Assembly: GCA_003149935.1 (NCBI GenBank)
Contig: QAMH01000010.1
Span: 14,827-78,826, forward strand
Direction: 5' to 3'
Length of the DNA: 64,000 nt
Source of the DNA: Coriobacteriia bacterium
GTDB taxonomy: Bacteria > Actinomycetota > Coriobacteriia > Coriobacteriales > QAMH01
Below the pieces are notes generated by a model, which made no database searches, had not been told where the DNA came from, and saw only the letters and a list, made by a program, of their open reading frames with translations. Positions within the stretch are counted from its first letter, which is position 1. Each line of letters begins with the position of its first letter. Below, piece after piece: positions 45,022 to 54,254 of the stretch. The position numbers and the translations under genes were made by a program.

Positions 45022-45498
45022 GTCTCCTTACAAACAAAGAAAGCGGGGCAAATCCCACTTTCTCCTTCACTCTTCTAGCTCTAACGGCGGCGTAGAAAGC
45101 CATACCGTGGCTGCAAGCAGCCTCGAAGCACACCGAATGGACGCTTCGACAAGCCATCCTATTGTACTCGGATTCATGCACAAGTCAATGAGACAAAAAC
45201 CCGCCAGGGCGCTTTTGCCTCGTCGTGTCACAGGGGTCAGACCCCGTGACACATTGGCGGCATTGCGACAAGGATGACGAGTGCGCGACCGCTTCCGGAC
45301 GCTCCGTGCCAAGAAACCCCGCCGCGTGACCGCCAAAAGAGGCGTTTCTTCCCGTTTTGCCAAGCCAGGCGGTCACTGACCGTGAACTTTGGCATCCGGC
45401 GGTCAACAGCCCAACATCCTTGGCAACGCGTCTCCGAAAATGGTCATGCGCCCGCCATCCTTGGCAAGCGTCGCGCACCTGTCGACAGACAAATCCCG

Positions 45499-48018
45499 TT
45501 AATTCGCAACCACGTTGACGACGGTCGGGGCGACGATGGTCTTGCGCACGGTGAGCCCCTCGATGCGATCGGCCACAGCTTCGAGAGCCGCCGCGACGAT
45601 CTCGTCCTCGCTGGCATCGGCCGCCGTCGTTATGTGGCCGCGTACCTTGCCGCCGATCATGACGGCGCGCTCGACCTCGTCAGCCTTGGTGGCCTCCTCA
45701 TCGAAGCTCGGCCAGCTGGCAGCATAGGCACTGCCCTCGTTACCGAGTGCCTCGGTCCACAGCTCGTCTGCCCAGTGCGGGGCATAGGGAGCGAGCAGCA
45801 GCACGAGCGTTGTGGCGACCGCACGGCACAGCTCCTTGTCGCGTGCGTCCTCCACCGTGGCGTTGAGATAATCGGCCGTCGTGTTGGAGAGCTCCATGAT
45901 GGCCGCGAGTGCCGTGTTGAAGTTGAAGCGCTCGATGTCGGCGCCCACTTTCTTGATGGTCGCATGCATCTGACGGTTGAGCTCCTTGGCGAGTTGCCCG
46001 TCATCGGTCGGACCAGTGGCATCGGCCAGCGACCACACCTGCCCCCACGCGCGCTTCAAGAAGCGCGCCATGGCCGCACAGCTCTTGTCGTCCCACTGCA
46101 GGTCCTTGTCGGGTGGCGCCATGAACAGGATGCACGCGCGGGCGGCATCGACGCCGTACTCGTCGATGAGCGACTCGGGCGACACGACGTTGCCCTTGGA
46201 CTTGGACATCGTCTCGCCCTTGGAGTCCTTGACCATGCCCTGGCACAGCAGGTTCGTGAATGGCTCGTCGAAATCGAGCATGCCGGCATCACGCGCGACC
46301 TTGGTCCAGAAGCGCGAGTACAGCAGGTGCAAGATGGCATGCTCGATGCCACCGATGTACTGATCGACGGGCATGAAGCGATCGGCCTTGTCCTTGGCAA
46401 AGGGCAGGCTCTTGTTGTGCGGGTCGGTATAGCGCAGGTAGTACCACGAGCTGCACGTGAAGGTGTCCATGGTGTCGGTCTCGCGATGCGCGGGCTTGCC
46501 ACACACGGGACAAATGCACTCGTAGAACTCCTTGGAGTCCTTGAGCGTCTGGCCGGCGGCGATGTCGATGTCCATGGGGAGAATGACCGGCAGGTCCTGT
46601 TCGGGAACGGGCACCAGGCCGCACTCGTCGCAGTAGATCATCGGGATGGGATTTCCCCAATAGCGCTGACGGCTGATGAGCCAGTCGCGAAGGCGGAAGT
46701 TCACGACCCCCTGGCCCAGGTCGCGCTCGGCGAGCCAGTCGATGACCGCCTGCATGCCCTCGGAGTCGTGTCCGCCGGGCATGCCGGTGAACTGCCCGGA
46801 CTGCACCATGATGCCGTCGCCGGCATAGGCCTCGTCCCAATCCACGTCGGTCACCTCGAGGTCGCGCACGTCGGCAAGTTCGGTGGCAAGCGGGCTGTCC
46901 GCAGGCACGACGACCGGCGGGATGGGCAGGCCGTACTTGCGCGCAAACTCGAAGTCGCGCTGGTCGCCACAGGGCACGGCCATGACGGCGCCCGTGCCGT
47001 AGTCGGTCAGCACGTAGTCGGAAACCCAGACCGGCACCTTGGCACCGTTGACGGGGTTGATGACATAGCGGCCCGTGAACGCGCCGTGCTTCTCGCGGTC
47101 GCCCATCGTACGCTCGACGGCCGTGGCGGCGGCCGCAACCTTCTGCACCTCGCGCACCTCGGCCTCGTACTCGGTGCCCGCGATCAGGCGCTCGACGAGC
47201 TTGTGCTCGGGCGCGAGCATGAAGAAGGTGCAGCCGAAGAGCGTGTCGGGACGCGTCGTGAACACGGTGATGGTCTCGTCGGTGGGCTCGCCCGTCTCAT
47301 CGCAGAGCGTGAACTTCACCTCAGCACCCTCGCTGCGGCCAATCCAGTTGGCCTGCATCTGCTTGACGCGCTCGGGCCAGCCAGGCAGCTTGTCGAGATC
47401 ATCAAGCAGCTCTTGAGCGTAATCGGTGATCTTGAGATACCACTGGTCGAGCTCGCGGCGCTCGACGGTGGAGTGACAGCGCCAGCACGTGCCCTGCTCG
47501 ACTTGCTCGTTGGCGAGCACCGTCTTGCAGTCCGGACACCAGTTGACGGGATTCGACTTGCGATACGCCAGGCCCTTCTCGTACATTTTGAGGAAGAACC
47601 ACTGACCCCAGCGGTAGTAGTCCTCCTTGCACGTGATGACCGTGCGGTCCCAATCGTAGGAAAGGCCCATGCGCTTGAAGCTCGCCATCTGGGTGTCGAT
47701 GTTCTCGAAAGTCCAGGTGGCCGGATGGCTGTGATGCTTGATGGCGGCGTTTTCGGCCGGCAGGCCAAAGGCATCCCATCCGATGGGATGCAGCACGTCG
47801 TAGCCATTCATGTGCAGGTAGCGCGCGTAGACGTCGCCGATGGTGTAGTTGCGCACGTGACCCATGTGGATGTCACCGCTCGGATACGGGAACATCTCGA
47901 GCACGTACTTCGCAGGGCGCTCGGATGCCTCGTCAAGCTTGAATAGCTCATGCTCCGCCCAGTACTGCTGCCATTTGGGTTCGATGGAATGCGGATCATA
48001 CGCCTCGTGCATGGCCAA
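45499..48018 (-). CDS. leuS: Leucine--tRNA ligase
   Basis: 839 aa. HIGH-type [11 protein letters not shown] and KMSKS-type MSKSKGN. Confidence 0.95.
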   Translation of the reverse strand: MAMHEAYDPHSIEPKWQQYWAEHELFKLDEASERPAKYVLEMFPYPSGDIHMGHVRNYTIGDVYARYLHMNGYDVLHPIGWDAFGLPAENAAIKHHSHPATWTFENIDTQMASFKRMGLSYDWDRTVITCKEDYYRWGQWFFLKMYEKGLAYRKSNPVNWCPDCKTVLANEQVEQGTCWRCHSTVERRELDQWYLKITDYAQELLDDLDKLPGWPERVKQMQANWIGRSEGAEVKFTLCDETGEPTDETITVFTTRPDTLFGCTFFMLAPEHKLVERLIAGTEYEAEVREVQKVAAAATAVERTMGDREKHGAFTGRYVINPVNGAKVPVWVSDYVLTDYGTGAVMAVPCGDQRDFEFARKYGLPIPPVVVPADSPLATELADVRDLEVTDVDWDEAYAGDGIMVQSGQFTGMPGGHDSEGMQAVIDWLAERDLGQGVVNFRLRDWLISRQRYWGNPIPMIYCDECGLVPVPEQDLPVILPMDIDIAAGQTLKDSKEFYECICPVCGKPAHRETDTMDTFTCSSWYYLRYTDPHNKSLPFAKDKADRFMPVDQYIGGIEHAILHLLYSRFWTKVARDAGMLDFDEPFTNLLCQGMVKDSKGETMSKSKGNVVSPESLIDEYGVDAARACILFMAPPDKDLQWDDKSCAAMARFLKRAWGQVWSLADATGPTDDGQLAKELNRQMHATIKKVGADIERFNFNTALAAIMELSNTTADYLNATVEDARDKELCRAVATTLVLLLAPYAPHWADELWTEALGNEGSAYAASWPSFDEEATKADEVERAVMIGGKVRGHITTAADASEDEIVAAALEAVADRIEGLTVRKTIVAPTVVNVVAN

Positions 48019-48105
48019 CCTCCGATGTGCCGTCAGATACGTGCGTCAGATAAAACAGTGACACATCATACCGCAGCGTCACGACGATAACGCGCTCAAA
48101 CGCCG

Positions 48106-48687
48106 CTAAAACGCGATGAGACCCAGATGTTCGAGGAGTATCTTGAGACCGATGGCGATGAGCACGATACCGCCCGCGATCTGCGACGGCTTCTCGAAGC
48201 GCACCCCAAAGCGGTTGCCCACGACAACGCCGACAAGCGAGAGGACGAAGGTCGTGCAGCCGATGATCAGCGCAGCCGCCACGATGTCGATCTGCAGAAA
48301 CGAGAAGCTGATACCGACGGCCAACGCGTCGATGCTCGTGGCGATGGCGAGCATGAAGAGTTCGCGCAAGTCGAGCTTCTGCGTGGACGTTTCGCCGTCC
48401 TCTTCCGCATCTTCGTCATGGAAGGCATCCCACAACATCTTTCCGCCGACGAGCGCGAGCAACGCAAAGGCGATCCAATGGTCGACCGCCGTGACGTAGA
48501 CCGCGAACGCGCTTCCCACCAACCAGCCGATGACCGGCATGAGGCCCTGGAAGACGCCGAAGAACAGCGCGATGACGAGCGCATGGGCGTAGTTGACGCG
48601 ATGCATGCCCAGGCCCTTGCAGACGGACACCGCAAACGCATCCATCGACAGGCCAACGCCAATGAGGAATATCTCGACGAATCCCAC
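48106..48687 (-). CDS. mntP: Manganese efflux pump MntP family
   Basis: 193 aa. Two DUF204 halves (SMDAFAVS ; SIDALAVG). Confidence 0.85.
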   Translation of the reverse strand: MGFVEIFLIGVGLSMDAFAVSVCKGLGMHRVNYAHALVIALFFGVFQGLMPVIGWLVGSAFAVYVTAVDHWIAFALLALVGGKMLWDAFHDEDAEEDGETSTQKLDLRELFMLAIATSIDALAVGISFSFLQIDIVAAALIIGCTTFVLSLVGVVVGNRFGVRFEKPSQIAGGIVLIAIGLKILLEHLGLIAF

Positions 48688-48696
48688 GAAAAAGCC

Positions 48697-49509
48697 CTAG
48701 GCCACGGCATCCGGTTCGGTCGGTTGGCCTTCGGCTCGGTTCACGTCCATGAGCTCCCTTTGGAGCTGCTGCATCGTGGGCGGTACCCAGGTGATAGCGT
48801 CCGCGCCGGCATCGATCGTGCTCCTGATGGAGGCGGCGTCCTTGCCGCCACTCGCGATGATGGGAATCTCCGGGAAGCGCTCGCGCACCTTCTCGACGAC
48901 CATCGGCGTGTCCTTGCCGGCGGCAACGTTGACCACCTTGGCGCCGGCCATGATCTTGGTGGCGATGAGCTCGTCGAAAGTCACAACCGTGAGGACGACG
49001 GGGATATCGATGCTCGAGGAAATCTGATGTACGTCCTCGATGCTCGTGGGCGAATTAACGACGACGCCGTAGGCACCCTGCATCTCGGACTGAACCGCCA
49101 TCGCCTTCGAGCGCGTGCCCGTGGTGGTCGTGCCGGCGACACCCGTGAAGACCGGGCGACCCGAAGCGGTCACGAGTCCCTGCGTGATGATGGGCTGGCA
49201 GGTGAAGGGGTACACGGCGAGCACGGCGTCGGCATCGCAGTTGCAGATGATGGCCAGGTCCGTGGAGAAGACGAGCGACTTGATGCGACGGCCGAAGAAC
49301 GAGATGCCCGGACAGGCGTCGATCTGCCGGGGAACGTGCAGCGCGGCAGGCGCGTGACGGTACACACCGTCGATAGCCTTGGGGTCACAGCGCGTGACGA
49401 TGGTATCGAGGTGCATGACGTCTGCCGGCGCGGAGGAAGAGCTCCCGTCATTGCGGGAGCGCATGCCCTTGAGGGCGCGAATCTTGTGAAGTGGCGATTT
49501 GCTCTTCAT
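48697..49509 (-). CDS. Conserved hypothetical protein, probably a TIM-barrel (NanE/ThiE-like C-terminus)
   Basis: Start taken at MKSKSPLHK (ATG 49509). IIASGGKDAASIRSTIDAGADAITW resembles phosphate-binding barrel ends. The function is not recognised. Confidence 0.55.
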   Translation of the reverse strand: MKSKSPLHKIRALKGMRSRNDGSSSSAPADVMHLDTIVTRCDPKAIDGVYRHAPAALHVPRQIDACPGISFFGRRIKSLVFSTDLAIICNCDADAVLAVYPFTCQPIITQGLVTASGRPVFTGVAGTTTTGTRSKAMAVQSEMQGAYGVVVNSPTSIEDVHQISSSIDIPVVLTVVTFDELIATKIMAGAKVVNVAAGKDTPMVVEKVRERFPEIPIIASGGKDAASIRSTIDAGADAITWVPPTMQQLQRELMDVNRAEGQPTEPDAVA

Positions 49510-49632
49510 CGTCAGTCCTAACTCGAGGCGCCCTACAGGCCCCATCTCCAAAGGGGAGACAATGATAGCAATTCGCCTCGTTCCCGCGATGCTCGTCGCC
49601 GAAATTTAAGGAGATTCTAAGCGGGACAAGAA

Positions 49633-49665
49633 AATGAGACAGTTACTCAGAGACGCTGTCTCACT
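49633..49665. repeat. Single unit of TGAGACA palindromic repeat family
   Basis: AATGAGACA-GTTACTCAGAGACGC-TGTCTCACT. Lies in a divergent promoter region. Confidence 0.8.
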
Positions 49666-49722
49666 GGAATCCATGAGGCTATACTTCAGTCGATATCCAA
49701 ACTTCGCTCAAGGAGGCACGTC

Positions 49723-50091
49723 ATGGAACAGGCCACGTTCGATTACGTCGCACCGCGCGTCGACATTCTCTCGACATCACAGGCCAGTACGCAGGTGACC
49801 AAGGACGCAGCGCTCGCATGGAAGGAAGCCGTCGCTGCCGACAACAGCGATGCAGCCGTCGAGCAGGCAACCGAGCAGCTGCTCGACATCCTCGAGGGAC
49901 GCCCCACCACCATCGACGGCGTCATCGCCTTTGCTCAAGGCCCCGCCAAGGAGATGTTCGGCGAAGAGGCAGCCGCCCAGATTTTGGCGAAGCAGGAACA
50001 ACGCAAGGCCGACGGCGCAAAGTGGTGCGACTGCGACGCCTGCACCGCCGCCACCGAGATCCTCGCCCAATTCAGCCGCGTAGAGCTGTAA
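49723..50091 (+). CDS. Hypothetical protein with C-terminal CDCDAC motif
   Basis: 122 aa, AAGGAGG 7 nt upstream. Acidic/alanine-rich, no family recognised with confidence. Confidence 0.5.
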   Translation: MEQATFDYVAPRVDILSTSQASTQVTKDAALAWKEAVAADNSDAAVEQATEQLLDILEGRPTTIDGVIAFAQGPAKEMFGEEAAAQILAKQEQRKADGAKWCDCDACTAATEILAQFSRVEL

Positions 50092-50103
50092 AGGAAAAGC
50101 TCT

Positions 50104-50688
50104 CTATACCCCCGGGTTCGTGAGGCGCAGGATGCTGCGCCCAAACTCGTAGCCGTACGGCGGCTCGGCCACCCAATCGGCCCTGAAGTCGCGCGTCGTA
50201 GTCGAGATGCTTTCCCCGCGGTTCACCGTCAGGTACTCGTCACTCCATATGTCGCGGTCGAAGGCGAGCAGCCCACCGTCCTCGCTCTCGATGATCACCG
50301 CCTGCACGCATTTGAAGTCGATGAGTCGCCGCGATCCCTTGACGAGCAACGCCGTATCCACCACCACGAGTATGTCGGCCACCTGAAAGCCGCACTCCAC
50401 GCGCGTCACGTGCTTGCCCGGCGGCGTCCACAGCTCCCCCTTCGCCGGCTCGGCACGCAGAATCGTGACCTCCTCCTCGATGAAGTCCGGCCCCAACGCA
50501 AGTGTCTCGTGCTCGTTCACGAGGTCGATCGCAAAGCCGTCGAAGACGAGCCGCGCGGTCTTGTATATGTGGTCGCTCTCGCCGTCGAGGCAATAGCCCT
50601 CGTATGCGACGAGCTCGCGCCCGATGCACGAGCGCAGAAGCGCCAGCGCTGTATCGTCAAACTGACGGCTAATTTCTATCAGGCTCAT
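50104..50688 (-). CDS. Hypothetical protein
   Basis: Start taken at MSLIEISRQF (ATG 50688). The longer track start would overlap the divergent aminopeptidase gene. Confidence 0.5.
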   Translation of the reverse strand: MSLIEISRQFDDTALALLRSCIGRELVAYEGYCLDGESDHIYKTARLVFDGFAIDLVNEHETLALGPDFIEEEVTILRAEPAKGELWTPPGKHVTRVECGFQVADILVVVDTALLVKGSRRLIDFKCVQAVIIESEDGGLLAFDRDIWSDEYLTVNRGESISTTTRDFRADWVAEPPYGYEFGRSILRLTNPGV

Positions 50689-50770
50689 GACAATCGCCTT
50701 CCCACTCGCGCACTCGTAGTATATTGACGCACTAAGCATACTGCATCGACCACCATATAGGAGGGTGTTC

Positions 50771-52195
50771 ATGGAACGCGAGAACGCATGGAAGAGCTAT
50801 AGCGACAAGGATCTCGATGAGCTCGAGAAACTCAGCAACGATTACATCGAGTTCATCTCGGAGAACAAGACCGAGCGCGAATGCGTGAGCGCCTCGATCG
50901 CTCTGGCCGAAAAGGCCGGGTACAAGTCGCTCGCCAAGGCCATCAAGAAGCAGCGCAAGCTCAAGGCCGGCGACAAGGTCTACGCCCAGACCCACGGCAA
51001 GGCCCTCATCTTGGCGGTGCTCGGTACCGACCCGCTCGAAGACGGCTTCAACATCTTGGGCGCCCACATCGACTCGCCTCGCCTCGACGCCAAGCAAAAC
51101 CCGCTCTACGAGAACACGGACATCGCGCTGCTCGACACGCACTATTACGGCGGCATCAAGAAGTACCAGTGGGTCACGCTCCCGCTGGCTATCCACGGCG
51201 TCATCGCCCTCAAGGCGGGCAAGTCCATCGAGGTCCGCGTCGGCGAAGACCCATCCGACCCCGTGTTCTGCATCTCGGACCTCCTCCCCCATCTGGGGCA
51301 AAAGCAGATGGAGAAGAATGCCAAGGAGGTCATCGATGCTGAAGACCTCGATGTGATCGTGGGCAGCAGGCCGCTTCTCTTCGAGAAGGACAAGCTCAAC
51401 GACGACTCTCCCGCATGGGAGAAGGTCGCCGAGAAGGAGCCGGTCAAGGCATCCGTGCTCAAGTACCTTGCCGAGTACTACGGCATCGAGGAGGAGGATT
51501 TCCTCTCCGCCGAGCTCGAAATCGTTCCAGCCGGTCGTGCCCGCGAGATGGGCTTCGACCGCTCCATGGTCATCGGTTACGGCCAGGACGACCGCGTCTG
51601 CGCCTACACGTCGCTCGTCGCCCAGCTCGCCATCGAAAATCCCAAGCGCACCGCCGTCACCGTGCTGGTCGACAAGGAGGAGATCGGTAGCGTGGGCGCT
51701 ACGGGCATGGAGTCACTGTTCTTCGAGAACACCATCGCCGAGATCATGGAGCTCGCCGGCGAAGGCGGCCAGCTCAAGCTACGCCGCGCGCTCGGTGCGT
51801 GCAAGATGCTGTCCTCCGACGTCTCCGCCGCACTCGACCCCTGCTACGCGAGCGTCTTCGAGCCCAAGAACGCCGCCTACATGGGTCGCGGCCTCGTCTT
51901 CAACAAGTACACGGGCGCACGCGGCAAGAGCGGCAGCAACGACACGTCGGCGGAGTTCGTCGCCGAGGTGCGCCGCGTCATGGACGGTGCGGGCGTCGCG
52001 TTTCAGACCGCCGAGCTCGGTCGCGTCGACATCGGCGGTGGCGGTACGATCGCCTACATCCCGGCCAAGTACGACATGGACGTCATCGACAGTGGCGTGG
52101 CCGTGCTCTCGATGCACGCACCCTGGGAGATCACGAGCAAGGCCGACATCTACGAGGCCCGCAAGGGTTACGAGGCGTTCCTGAAGAACGCATAG
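50771..52195 (+). CDS. M18-family aminopeptidase
   Basis: ATG 50771 follows GGAGGG. GAHIDSPRLD and DKEEIGSVGATG metal-ligand blocks. Confidence 0.85.
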   Translation: MERENAWKSYSDKDLDELEKLSNDYIEFISENKTERECVSASIALAEKAGYKSLAKAIKKQRKLKAGDKVYAQTHGKALILAVLGTDPLEDGFNILGAHIDSPRLDAKQNPLYENTDIALLDTHYYGGIKKYQWVTLPLAIHGVIALKAGKSIEVRVGEDPSDPVFCISDLLPHLGQKQMEKNAKEVIDAEDLDVIVGSRPLLFEKDKLNDDSPAWEKVAEKEPVKASVLKYLAEYYGIEEEDFLSAELEIVPAGRAREMGFDRSMVIGYGQDDRVCAYTSLVAQLAIENPKRTAVTVLVDKEEIGSVGATGMESLFFENTIAEIMELAGEGGQLKLRRALGACKMLSSDVSAALDPCYASVFEPKNAAYMGRGLVFNKYTGARGKSGSNDTSAEFVAEVRRVMDGAGVAFQTAELGRVDIGGGGTIAYIPAKYDMDVIDSGVAVLSMHAPWEITSKADIYEARKGYEAFLKNA

Positions 52196-52200
52196 GTGAC
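52081..52200. repeat. Left 120-bp direct repeat (aminopeptidase 3' end; putative attL)
   Basis: 115/120 identical to 61141-61260 by manual alignment. Confidence 0.95.
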
Positions 52201-52217
52201 ATTTAGCTGATAGCCTT

Positions 52218-52250
52218 AAACGGGCGGTCGCACTTTGCGGCCGCCCGTTT
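52218..52250 (+). terminator. 14-bp-stem hairpin after the intact aminopeptidase gene
   Basis: AAACGGGCGGTCGC-ACTTT-GCGGCCGCCCGTTT (one G-U pair). Confidence 0.5.
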
Positions 52251-52521
52251 CGATTGACCAACGTCACTTCATTCCATTGGGATGCATGAAACTGACGATT
52301 ATGTGAGACCGCGGCAAGACCCGTGTAAGAAAATTTCGATTATGTGTGACTAATCGCAAAGCAACTTTCACACAATCGAGAAAACCCTACAATCACGGCT
52401 GGCCAACTTCACAAAATCGTAAATTTCCCGCACCCCCGTACCGCCGGCTACACATAATCGAAATTTCTTTGCATGCGAGCCCTATCACATGCGCACCATC
52501 GCAAATCGAAAGCCGCGCTTC

Positions 52522-53790
52522 TTACTGCTTATCAAAACTGATAAGGCGGCGAGGTATCGCAAAGGCGATGATGCCAGCAGCTAGATACACGATGCCCGTA
52601 ATTGCGAACAGAGCATAGTTGTTGGAGCCTGCACCAAGGGCGATGAGAACCGGTATGAGCCACGCTCCAAGGTTCTGCAACGTCGCTTGCAGACCGCCTG
52701 CAACACCCATTATCTCCGGCTCGCGGATAATCTCCTTCAACATGCCCAGAAGCGCCTTGCCAAGCGGATTCACAACGCCATTGAAAAAACCAGTTATGCC
52801 CAACAGCAAAACGACAAGCTCGCCATTGGGCATGAACCATCCGAACACGCATATCAGGAAGATACATAGGCATCCGCTCAAAATGCACGCCTGCGTTCTC
52901 TTCATGCCAATCTTTTCGAGAACGAACGGAAACAGGATGCTCACAGCCATCATTCCAAAGCTGTTGAGCGTAACCATGTTATTTGCAAAGATCTCCGTTA
53001 CCCCTTTCGAGGCTACGACAGCAGCCGTCAGACTCGACGCGAAGGTCGTGCCAGCTCCCATGGGCAAGGCAATGACCAGTGAGGCGATCCAAACCCAGGG
53101 TCGCTTGAAAACAGCGAGATACTCGGAAATGCCAATATGGCTGCCAGCTGACTCTGCCGCCTTCTGCGGCGTCTTTCCCAGAAGCATGAAGCACAGGACA
53201 CCAACTGTGGATACGACGCTCGTGGCGGTGAGGACGGCCATCGTCGATTCAAAAAGGGCGGGAAACTGCACGCCCAGTGTAATGCCCACCGGCGCTCCTG
53301 CGACGTAAAACCCCATCGCCAAGGCAATGCGATTCTTGAACCATAAGCTTAGGTACTTGAGCGAATTCGCATTGAGCCCGGCAAGGCCAAATCCTATGAC
53401 GAAAGTCGCAAGATAATATAGCCAGAACTGGCCTGTGGGATAGAATGCGACACGCATCCACACACCAGCCAACGATATAAGAGCGCCAATCTTCATGGCA
53501 GTCGAGACTTGTATCTTGTCTCCAAGAACACCAAACGGAATGGCAAACACGGCTCCGGTGAGAAAAGAAGCGGACGCGAGCACGCCAACATCGGCTGGAT
53601 TGATTCCGTAATCGCTTACCAAACGCGCGCCAACGCCGCCGGTAACGCCCACTGCACACTCGAGCGCGACGTGGCACAAAAAGATTCCTGCAAGGGCAAT
53701 CCACTTCTTGGCCCCGTAAGGGTCAAGAATACGCTGATCCGCGAGGGGCTTTGACGCGCAAGCCCCTCGCTGCTCTTCATTTAACGACAT
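52522..53790 (-). CDS. MFS transporter
   Basis: Start taken at MSLNEEQRG (ATG 53790) after GGGAG. Multi-spanning. Confidence 0.8.
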   Translation of the reverse strand: MSLNEEQRGACASKPLADQRILDPYGAKKWIALAGIFLCHVALECAVGVTGGVGARLVSDYGINPADVGVLASASFLTGAVFAIPFGVLGDKIQVSTAMKIGALISLAGVWMRVAFYPTGQFWLYYLATFVIGFGLAGLNANSLKYLSLWFKNRIALAMGFYVAGAPVGITLGVQFPALFESTMAVLTATSVVSTVGVLCFMLLGKTPQKAAESAGSHIGISEYLAVFKRPWVWIASLVIALPMGAGTTFASSLTAAVVASKGVTEIFANNMVTLNSFGMMAVSILFPFVLEKIGMKRTQACILSGCLCIFLICVFGWFMPNGELVVLLLGITGFFNGVVNPLGKALLGMLKEIIREPEIMGVAGGLQATLQNLGAWLIPVLIALGAGSNNYALFAITGIVYLAAGIIAFAIPRRLISFDKQ

Positions 53791-53926
53791 GGTCCATCTC
53801 CCTGCACTACCAGCTGTTGATGCGTTTATGAAACACATCGGCTGAAATAAGCGAATAATCCCTCATAGTGCATTTCTCCAAATCTCTCCTGGTCACCCAC
53901 AAGACGAAAGACCAGGTCGTCTTTTG

Positions 53927-54085
53927 CTATTCACCGGAGGGAGGCTTGGGAATGAAGATGTCGCGTTTTTTCGCATCATTGGCGACATGATTGTCTGCCA
54001 TGCCCATGCGCTCGTAGGAGGTAAGCTCCCTCTCCTCCTGAGCCTCCTCGACACGCTTTTCGTCAGCTGCACTTTCATCTGCCAT
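53927..54085 (-). CDS. Small acidic hypothetical protein, 52 aa (below track cutoff)
   Basis: MADESAADEKRVEEAQEERELTSYERMGMADNHVANDAKKRDIFIPKPPSGE. AGGAG lies 9 nt upstream. Preferred over the overlapping R-rich 61-aa track ORF. Confidence 0.35.
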   Translation of the reverse strand: MADESAADEKRVEEAQEERELTSYERMGMADNHVANDAKKRDIFIPKPPSGE

Positions 54086-54254
54086 GATGGTCTCTCCTTT
54101 TCTTTAGATCGTCAGCAATATCGCAAGACCTGGAACTCACCTAACGATGCGTTCCGTAGTCGCAAGTTGCCAACATGAACGAATGGGGGGGGTGCCCAGC
54201 CGGTTGGGGGCAAAACTCAGGGAAATAGCCGGCTGGGCAAACGGATGGACGGTA

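Noticed and set aside
45067-45478. 98-aa and 97-aa minus-strand ORFs in the leuS / rimP gap
   Set aside because: R/S/T/C-rich, no RBS and mutually overlapping. Considered translation noise in a non-coding leader.
45274-47946. 890-aa plus-strand ORF antisense to leuS
   Set aside because: Shadow ORF. leuS carries HIGH and KMSKS motifs on the other strand.
48688-48696. Expected yybP-ykoY manganese riboswitch upstream of mntP
   Set aside because: Only 9 nt separate mntP from the preceding gene's stop, so there is no room for a riboswitch. mntP is probably co-transcribed with the upstream gene.
52346-52618. 90-aa plus-strand ORF in the island's left end
   Set aside because: It spans the iteron-like repeat region and runs into the antisense of the MFS gene. 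It has no RBS and an odd composition. The region is treated as non-coding.
53893-54078. 61-aa track ORF MKVQLTKSVSRRLRRRG...
   Set aside because: Arginine-rich and lacking an RBS. A different-frame 52-aa ORF on the same strand has a strong RBS and more protein-like composition, although it is also uncertain.
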